The notes beneath the pieces were generated by a model that was not told where the DNA came from, ran no database searches, and worked only from the letters and a program-made list of their open reading frames with translations. Positions 1-8,100 of a DNA stretch of 24,177 nt are shown here, piece after piece. The stretch spans positions 1-24,177 of the forward strand of contig CAMTVD010000038.1 in assembly GCA_947085095.1 (NCBI GenBank), read 5' to 3'. The position numbers were made by a program, and so were the translations under genes. The first letter of the stretch is position 1, and each line of letters begins with the position of its first letter. Source of the stretch: an uncultured Thermus sp. GTDB lineage: Bacteria > Deinococcota > Deinococci > Deinococcales > Thermaceae.

Positions 1-139
1 AGGGTGTGTGGCGGCGGGTGAAGGGGTTTTTGATGCCTCGGCGGCACTACGGGGGGGTTGAGGAGCTTAGGGAGGCGGTGGTTCAGGCCCTCAAGGCCCT
101 GGGGGGTGTGGAGTTGAAAATCTTGGGGGAGGGTACTTA
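1..139 (+). mobile_element. IS630-family insertion sequence, 3' end (transposase C-terminus 3..140, partial)
   Basis: Frame 3 reads GVWRRVKGFLMPRRHYGGVEELREAVVQALKALGGVELKILGEGT*, resembling the tail after the IS630 'LNPIExxW' catalytic Glu motif. Ends at a TA dinucleotide (138-139). Exact reverse complement of 24039..24177. Confidence 0.85.
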
Positions 140-2427
140 ACTGCAACGGCACCCTGGATGCGGGGGAGACCACTCTCATCCCCAGCGTGACCCTGGGCAT
201 GGGCCAGCAGGCCTGCGTCATCGTGGTGGCCACCGTTCCCGCCACCGCCGAAAGCGGCCGGTACGGAAACCTGAACCTGGTGGGCGTTTCCGCGGGCAAC
301 CCCTCCGTCACCGACAACAACAACTGGGCCCGGGCCGTGGCCACCGCCCAAGCCGCCCTCACCGCCAGCAAGAGCGCCTCTCCCACGGGGGCCGTGAACC
401 CTGGCGCCACCATCACTTACACCATTAGCGGCCAGAACGCGGGGGGTAGCGCCGCTTATGGCATCCCCGTTATCGTGGACGACGATTCCAGGACGGGCAT
501 CCTCATCGCCGACGTCATCCCCACGGGCCTTACCGTGAACGCCATGCCCACGGGGTACGCCGGCGCCGGGGCCGTTCGCCTCATCTACGACACCGAGACC
601 GGCTGGCAGACCCTGAGCGCCTCCGCCCTGCCCCTCACCGGCAACGGCACCGTCAAGATCGGGATGCTGATTGAGGGGACGGGGGCCTTCTTCCCCGTGG
701 GCGCCCAGTACACCTTCACCTTCCAGGCCCAGGTGCCCAGCACCGCTGCTGCCGGGACCAGCTACGCCAACTCCGCTACCGTGCAGTTTGACGCCAACGG
801 TGACGGCGACGCCCAGGACCCCGGCGAGACGGTGATCACCAACACCACCACCAACACCGCGGCGGCCCGGTACGGCGTTGCCGTGGGGCCGTGGGAGTAC
901 CTCGAGGGTGGGGCTAGCGGCACCTACACCGCGGGCGGCTACACGGTGAACCGCACTGGCGACCAGCAGAGCATCGCCTCCGTCTACAGCGGCACCAGCG
1001 TCATCTTCCGCCACACCCTGAAGAACACCGGCAACACGGAGGACAGCTTCACGCTGGGCTTTAGTGGCGCCCCCTCCGGCTGGAGCTGTAGCCTGGTGGC
1101 CAGCGACCTCACCACCCCCATCAGCGGCCCTGTGGGCCCCGTGGCGGCGGGCGGCACCCTGGATTTCGCCCTCAAGTGCCAGGTTCCCGCTACCTTCACT
1201 TCCACCACCGCCACCACCCTCACCGTTACGGCCACCAGCGTGGGTGACCCCTCCAAACAGGACCCCACCACGGACGTGGTGAACCAGGTGGTCTTGGGCT
1301 ACGCCGTGGACCTGGCCCGGCGTGGTGCAGCGGGCGATGGCGACCCCTCCAACGACAACCCCGCTCCCCAGACCGCCAACCCCGGCCAGGTGGTCTACTT
1401 CCCCATTGACGTCTACAACGCCGGCCAGAACCCCGATGTCTACAACCTGACCGCTTCCCTGCCCGCGGGCTGGGCGGTGGTCTTCTACCCGGACGCCAAC
1501 TGCGACGGGGCCATGGACACCCCCGTCCCCGCCCCGGTGACCAACACCGGCCTCATTAACCCAAGCGGTACCAGGTGCTTCATCGCCGCCGTGCAGGTGC
1601 CCGCCGGCGCGGCCCCTGGGGCTAACTCGGTGAGCTTCACCGCTACCAGCACCGCGGTGCCCACGGTCACGGACACCATCTCCACCGCGGTCACCGTCAA
1701 CCTCGTGGCCCAGGTTACCCTGGACCCCGACCGCTCCGGCACCGTGACGAGCCCGGGCACCATCACCTACACTCACACCCTCACCAACTCCTCCAACGCC
1801 CCGGCTACCTGCGCCATCAGCGGCACAGGCGGGAGCCACGGCTGGACCTACCAGTACTCCCTGGACGGTTCCACCTGGAGCTCCAGTCTGAGCGGGGTGT
1901 CTGTGCCAGCCAACGGCGGTACCCAGACCATCCACGTCCGGGTGCTGGTGCCGGCCGGAGAGCCCGTGGGCCGTACGGATGTGAACGTGGTGACGGCCAC
2001 CTGCGCTGTGGGCTCTGCCACCACTGGCGGCACCGCCACGCAGACCACCACCGTGGTGGGCGGGGAGCTTCGGCTCACGAAGTCCGTGGATAAGGCCACC
2101 GCCTACCCCGGCGACACCCTCACCTACACCATCGTGGCCGAGAACATCGGCACCGGGAACCTCACCAACGTGAAGGTCTCCGACCCCATCCCCGCCTACA
2201 CCACCTTCGTGAGCGTCACCGCCACGGCCACGGGCTTCCCTTCCGGTAGCGCCATCCTCTACTCCACGGACGGCACCAACTGGAGCGCCACGCCGCCCAG
2301 CAGCGTGCCCGTGGGTGGGGCGGTTTACGTGGGCGTGGACTTCAACGGTGATGGTGCCATCACCCCCGCCGACGTCATGCCGCCCGGTGCCAAGATCACC
2401 CTCATCCTGACGGTCCGGGTTCAGTAG
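139..2427 (+). pseudogene. DUF11-repeat secreted surface protein (putative major pilin-like subunit), 5' part separated by the IS630 insertion
   Basis: The frame of ORF 187..2427 is open back to the IS junction (NCNGTLDAGETTLIPSVTLG...). There is no signal peptide, and the start aligns with an internal point (about residue 115) of the paralog at 2520. Thr/Val/Gly-rich, DUF11 motifs (SKSASP..PGATITYTI..QN; LTKSVDK..PGDTLTYTIV.EN..SDPIP), NxGN-type Ig-like repeats and DxNxDG loops. Confidence 0.8.
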
Positions 2428-2435
2428 GTTTTCTT

Positions 2436-2481
2436 CCCCGCCCCGGGGCTTCCCCGGGGCGGGGCCCCCAAAGGGGGTTTT
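2436..2481 (+). terminator. Tandem hairpin, intrinsic terminator or mRNA-stabilising stem
   Basis: Perfect 13-bp stem CCCCGCCCCGGGG-CTT-CCCCGGGGCGGGG (2436-2464), then CCCCC-AAA-GGGGG-TTTT, just after the stop at 2427. Confidence 0.8.
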
Positions 2482-2519
2482 CACGCGATTTTCTCAGAGC
2501 TTTTTTAGGGTGAATAACG

Positions 2520-5165
2520 ATGAGAAGAACCCTCCCCCTCCTCCTAAGCCTCCTGGGTCTGGCCTGGGCCCTGACCCCGGCGGGCACGGTCATCCGCAAC
2601 CAGGCGGAGGCCCGGGTGGGGGGGGAGCGGTACTTGAGCAACGTGGTGGAGACCTTGGTCCAGGCCCTTTGCGTGCCCAGCGTGACCCCGGATGGGACCC
2701 TGGCCGCCCCCGGTCAGGAGGCCCAGGCCCCGGCGGGGAGCTTCGCCTATCTCTCCTACCGGGTGGCCAACCTGGGGAACGCCCCCTTTACCCTGGGTCT
2801 GGACCATCTGGATCTAGACGCGGGTTTTCGCCCCGAGGTGCTCCGCCTCTTTTTGGATGAGAACGAAAACGGACGGCCGGACCCCGGGGAAACCCCGGTA
2901 TCCTCCCTGTTCCTGAGCCCCGGGGAGGTGAGGCGGGTGGGGGTTGAGGCCCGGCTTCCTTCCCCCGCCTCCGGCTTCTACTTCTTCACCCTCAGGGCCT
3001 CCTGCACCGACAACCAGGGGGTCAAGCGGGACGGGGAGAACTGGGCCCGGGTGCGGGTGGGAGATGGGCCGCTTCTCCAGGTTTTCAAGGAGGCCACCCC
3101 CACCCAGGCCCGCCCGGGGGAGGTGGTCCTTTTCCGGCTGACCCTTCATAACCTGGGTGGGGAGGCCACGGAGCCTATCCACCTCACCGATGACCTCTCC
3201 GGCCTGCCCCTTGCCTACGTGCCTGGCTCGGCCGTGGCCACCCAAGGCCAGGTGGAGTTTTACGATGGAACGGACTGGAGCGTCACGGAGCCCCTTGTGG
3301 TGAAGGCCCTTCGCCTGCGAGTTTTGGGGCTTCCCCAGGGGGGGAGAGCGATCCTGACCTTTGAGGCTCGGGTCCTGGACGCCCCTCCCCAGGTGGTCCG
3401 TAACCTGGCCCAGGCCCAGGGGCCTGGGGGCCCGGCGGAGGGAGGAGCGGACATCCAGATCCTGCCCTTCCACCGGCACTACCTGGGCCCCCTAGGAAAC
3501 CCCAGGGCCCTCCCGGGGGACGAGGGGAGCGCCGACGACCGCCAGGCTAAGGAGGCCCTCGAGGGCCAAAGGGCCTGCTTTGCCCACACCTTGGAGAACG
3601 CCGGCAACGGGGAAGAGGCTCTCGCCCTTCGGGTGGAGGGGCTTCCCCAGGGGGCTACCGCCACCTTCCTAGACCTCGTGGGCATCCCCCTCGCCAACCC
3701 CTTGCCCCTGGGCCCCGGGGCTAAGGTGGATTTCCAGGTCTGCTACGAGGGCTTCGCCGCTCCCTTCACCGCCAAGGTGGTGGCCCGGGGCGAGGCGGGG
3801 GACAACGCCACCTGGGACCAGGTCTCCCAAGTGTGGCCAGCGGGAAGCCTCTCCCTCCGCAAGGAGGTGAGCCCTGTGGGAGCCGTGGCTCCTGGTAGCG
3901 AGCTTACCTACACCCTCACCTTGGAGAACGGGATCGGGCCCATGGAGGTGGAGGTGCGGGACCCCCTAGACCCCAACCTGGACTTCCTCTCGGCTTCCCA
4001 TGGTGGCGTTTTGGAGGGGGGTGAGGTGGTCTGGCGCCTTAGCCTGCCCCAGGGCACCGCTCGCCTTACCCTCAGGGTCCGGGTGAAGCCCGGCACCTCC
4101 GACGACACCCTTGTCCACAACCAGGCCCGCCTCAGGACCCCCCTGGGCCCGGATCCCCTTCCCTCTAACTCCGTGAAGACCCCCATCTGGGGCGCCGCCC
4201 TCCTCCTACGGAAGGAGGTCCGGCCCCAGGAGGCACAGCCCGGGGACCTCCTCACCTACACCCTCCGGATCTCCAATCCCGCCTCCGCTCCCCTCACCGT
4301 GCGCCTCGAGGACACCCCCGACCCTCGCTTGCGCCTGGTGGAGGGTAGCGTGCGGAGGGGTTGCGCCAACCCCGTCCCCTGGAATGCCCAGGTGAGCCAG
4401 GGCAGGATCCTCTTCGCCCCCATGGAGCTTCCCCCGCGGGGCCAGGAGTGCCTGACCTACCAGATGCGGGTCCTCCCGGGGCCTCTGGGGGAACTTGTGA
4501 ACGTAGCCCAGGCTTTTGGCCTTTCCGCCCAGGGGGCGGCGGTGGCCAGCGCCAAGGTCCAGGCCTTGGTCCGGATCCGCCCCGGGGTCTTTGAGGAGAG
4601 GGGTCTCCTCCTGGGCCGGGTCTTCCTGGACCTGGACCAGGACGGCCTTTTCTCTCCCGGGGACATCCCCGTGCCTGGGGCCAGGCTCCTCCTCCCTGGG
4701 GGGCTCCAGGTCCTCACCGACCGGGAGGGGCGGTACGCCTTCCGCGACCTTCCCTATGGGGTCTACCAGGTGATGCTGGACCCCAGCACCGCTCCCTTCC
4801 CGCCCCGGCCCCACCCGGAGGCCCTGGGGGAGGGGTACCGCCACCGGGTGCCCGTGTATGGCCTGGCGGTCACCGACTTCCCCCTTTCCCTTGGCCTAAA
4901 GGTGAAGGTGCGCCGCACCACCCTCCTCCGCATGGGCCCCCTCACGGTGGAGAAGAGGGTTTTGGAGGTGGGGGATGGGGTCTTGGCCGTCCTCAAGCTG
5001 AAAGCGGAGGAGCCCCTGCCCGGGTTCCGCCTCCTGGACCCTGTCCCGGGGGGAGAGGACTTCGTCTTTGAGGCCGAGGTGCTGGAGGGGGAGAAGACCC
5101 TGAGCTATAGGCTTCCTCCCGGAGCCCCCTTCACCGATCCCCAGGTGCGCTGGAGGTACCCATGA
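2520..5165 (+). CDS. Secreted DUF11-repeat protein with SdrD-B-like C-terminal domain (putative base or adaptor subunit)
   Basis: Sec signal MRRTLPLLLSLLGLAWA; mature start LTPAGTVIRNQA; three DUF11 repeats (VFKEATP, LRKEVSP, LRKEVRP); GRVFLDLDQDG..PGD.PVPGARL..TDREGRYAF motif; ATGA overlap with the next gene. Confidence 0.88.
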   Translation: MRRTLPLLLSLLGLAWALTPAGTVIRNQAEARVGGERYLSNVVETLVQALCVPSVTPDGTLAAPGQEAQAPAGSFAYLSYRVANLGNAPFTLGLDHLDLDAGFRPEVLRLFLDENENGRPDPGETPVSSLFLSPGEVRRVGVEARLPSPASGFYFFTLRASCTDNQGVKRDGENWARVRVGDGPLLQVFKEATPTQARPGEVVLFRLTLHNLGGEATEPIHLTDDLSGLPLAYVPGSAVATQGQVEFYDGTDWSVTEPLVVKALRLRVLGLPQGGRAILTFEARVLDAPPQVVRNLAQAQGPGGPAEGGADIQILPFHRHYLGPLGNPRALPGDEGSADDRQAKEALEGQRACFAHTLENAGNGEEALALRVEGLPQGATATFLDLVGIPLANPLPLGPGAKVDFQVCYEGFAAPFTAKVVARGEAGDNATWDQVSQVWPAGSLSLRKEVSPVGAVAPGSELTYTLTLENGIGPMEVEVRDPLDPNLDFLSASHGGVLEGGEVVWRLSLPQGTARLTLRVRVKPGTSDDTLVHNQARLRTPLGPDPLPSNSVKTPIWGAALLLRKEVRPQEAQPGDLLTYTLRISNPASAPLTVRLEDTPDPRLRLVEGSVRRGCANPVPWNAQVSQGRILFAPMELPPRGQECLTYQMRVLPGPLGELVNVAQAFGLSAQGAAVASAKVQALVRIRPGVFEERGLLLGRVFLDLDQDGLFSPGDIPVPGARLLLPGGLQVLTDREGRYAFRDLPYGVYQVMLDPSTAPFPPRPHPEALGEGYRHRVPVYGLAVTDFPLSLGLKVKVRRTTLLRMGPLTVEKRVLEVGDGVLAVLKLKAEEPLPGFRLLDPVPGGEDFVFEAEVLEGEKTLSYRLPPGAPFTDPQVRWRYP

Positions 5166-8100
5166 GAAGGGCCTTTTTCGCTCTCCTCCTGGCGGTTTTC
5201 TCCCTGGTTCGGGCCCAGCCCACCCTTCCCCCAGACCTGGGTGTGCCCCCCGGGGGCGCGGCCTGGGGTCTTCTGGGGGTGATCCCGGGAAGCGGCCTGG
5301 GCTGGTTCACGGACACCGTGGTCCTGCACCTGAGGGCAGAGGGGGAGGTGCGGCTTTGGCTCTACTCCCCGGGCCTGGACCCCCAAGACTACCGCTCCGC
5401 TCTCCAGGGCAGGCCGGAGCTGGGGGACGAGCGCTACGACCAGAAGCCGGTGGAGGCCACCTTCCGCCTCCTGGACTCCGGGGGCCGGGTTCTGGCGGAG
5501 AGGCGGTACGGCCTCGAGGCCCACCGCTACGATCTCCTTTACCAGGGAAGGCTTAGGGGGGAGTACCGCCTGGAGGCCCGCCTCCAGGGCCACGCCAAAA
5601 ACGCCTTCGCCCTCTTCCTGCCCAAGGGGGTGGAGGCCTACGCCCCCCCAGGGCTTTCCGTCTTCGCGGTGCGCGCTCCCCAGACCGCCTATCGGGCCAC
5701 CGAGCCTTACCCCCTTTACCGCCTCTTGGTGAAGACTCCAGGCTACCGCCTGGGCCTTTACGACGGGGATGGACCCGGGGAGCTGGAGGTCTACCTGGAC
5801 GGCCCTAAGGGGCGGGCCCGGATGCCCGTGAGCGGGGACCGGGAGTGGGTCTTCTACGAGCTCTCCCCCGGAACCTACACCCTTCTCTTCCGGGTGCCCC
5901 CCTCGGCCCGGCAGTACTCCAACACCGTGGCCCTGGGCCTCCCCAGCTGGATGCACCTTAGAGAAGACGGGGTGATGGCGGAGTTCGCCCCCTCGCCCAT
6001 TGCTGTGAGGGCGGTGGATACCCAAGGCAACCCCGTGCCCATGGAGCACCGCCTGGTGGAGGAGCGGGGCTATAGGGTGGTGGAGCCCTTCCTGCCCCAG
6101 GGTTACCGCCTGGTGCGGGTGGAGGTGGAGGGGGGCGAGGCCCTGGAGGGGCAAAGGGCCCGCTTTGGCCTCATGGGGGGTCGGGTGCTCTATGTCCTGG
6201 AGGCTTTGCCACCGCGGGAACCCCGTCCCCAGTTGCAGGAGGGGAGGCTCCGCCTGGAGGCCCTCCTGGTCCTTCCCACTGGGGAGCGCCCCTACGCCCT
6301 CTCCCTGAGGATTGCCCAGAAGGAGGTGCGCACCCCCGCCTCCTTGAACCTGGCCCCTGGGGCTTACACCTGGGACCTTCCCCAGATTCCCGGTGCCCTG
6401 GTGGAGGGGCCCACCCGGGTGGCCCTGGAGCCCGGCGAGGAGAGAACCCTGGTCTATAGGGTCTACCCCCGGGTGGAGTTCCGGCTTGCGCCGGAGGCCC
6501 AGACCTTGAGGGAAGGGGAGGAGGGGGTGCTGGTCCTCGAGGCCACCACCCGCTTCCCCGACCTCCTGCCCGCGGAGCTCACCCTGGAGCTTCCCGAGGG
6601 CCTGGAGCCCCTGGGTCCCACGCGGGCCACCCTGCCCCTCAAAGGGGAGGCCCGCCTGAGGGTTCCCTTCCGGGCCAAGGAGAGAGGGGGGTATAGGGTT
6701 AGGGGAAGCCTAGCTCCCTGGGGCCTCTTTGGGGAGGCCCGGGTGGAGGTCCTCCGCCCCGCCACCTTCGCCCTGGAGAAGAGGGCTCTATCCTCCCGGG
6801 CCCCGGTGGGGGAGGAGGTGGCCTTCCTCCTCAGGGTCCAGAACCTGGGGGACGAGGGGGGCGGGGTGGTCCTGGAGGACCTTGCCCCCGATCTGGGCAT
6901 CGCCTACCGGGAGGCCTTTACCCTCGGTCCTGGGGAGGCCAGGGAAGTCCTCCTCCGGGGACGGCTGGCCAGGGTGGGGCCCCAGACCAACACGGCCCGG
7001 CTCTTTTTGGGGGAAAAGGAGGTGGCCCGGGCCCAGGCGGAGGTGGTGGGCCTTGCGCCCGAGGCCCGCCTGGTGAGGGAGGCCGATCTCGGTGCCTTCG
7101 TGCCGGGGGAGGAGGTCCTGGTCTGCCTGAGGGTGCGGAACACCTCGGAGCTTCCCCTCAGGTACGTCCTCCAGGACGAGACCCCAGAGGTGGTGGAGGC
7201 CCTTTCCCAAACCCGCTTCCAGGGGGAGCTCCGCCCCGGGGAGGAGAAGGCCCACTGCTACGGGGCCCGGGTCCGCTTTGGCCCTGAAGGCGAGGGGCGC
7301 TTCCGGGCCGCTCTGGCCTATGGGGGTGAGGTCCAGGTGAAGGAGGCGAGGCTCAGGCGGGTTCTGCCCACCCTGGCCAAAGAGGCTTTCCCGGAGCGGG
7401 TCCTCGAGGGCCAGGAGGTGGTCTTCCGCCTCCGGGTGGGGAACCCCCTGGACCGTCCCCTGGTTCTCACCCTGCGGGAGTCCCCGGATGCGAACCTGGG
7501 CATGGAGGCCAGGGAGGTGCCCCTCCTGCTCTCCGCCAGGGAGGAAAAGGTTCTGGAGTTCGGGGCCCAGCCAAAGCGCCCGGGGCGCTACCGCAACCAG
7601 GTGGCCCTTTTCCACAGGGGCGTCCCCGCGGCCTTCCCCGCCGAGGCCAGGGTCCAGGTCCTGCCCCTCCTGCAGGCGGAGCGCCTCTCCACCGTGGAGA
7701 TCCCCTACGCCCTGGAAGCGGAGGGGGGCGAGGTGCTCCTGGGCTTCTCCCTTCCCGAAGGAGCCAGCTACGAGCCCGGTAGCGCCCGCCTGAATGGCAG
7801 GCCCATCAAGGCCCGTCTCCTGGGGAACAACCTCCTCTTCCTGGTGCCGGAAAGGGCGGGGCTCATCGCCTTCAGGCTCCGCCACCAAAATGCCCTGCCG
7901 CCCCTGGCGGAGCCCCAGCTCACCCTGGTCTACGGGGGTCGGGAGCTCTCCTTCCGGGGGAGCCTGAGCCTGGCGGACTACCGCAAGGCCTCCCCCGAGC
8001 CCGAGGAGCGAAGGGCCCCCATCCTCCACCCCCTCCCGGGAAGCCTCGTGCCCGATGGGGTTACCAGGGCTATCGTGGAGGTGCCCCTGGGCCTCACCCC

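Noticed and set aside
187..2427. Treating the 746-aa ORF as an intact gene starting at GTG 187
   Set aside because: No RBS or signal peptide, and the frame continues up to the IS junction in mid-domain.
91..2484. 797-aa minus-strand ORF and other long antisense ORFs (6788..8029, 8678..10348, 14020..15195, 17157..18353)
   Set aside because: Shadow frames of GC-rich genes; low-complexity G/H/R/P composition and no recognisable motifs.
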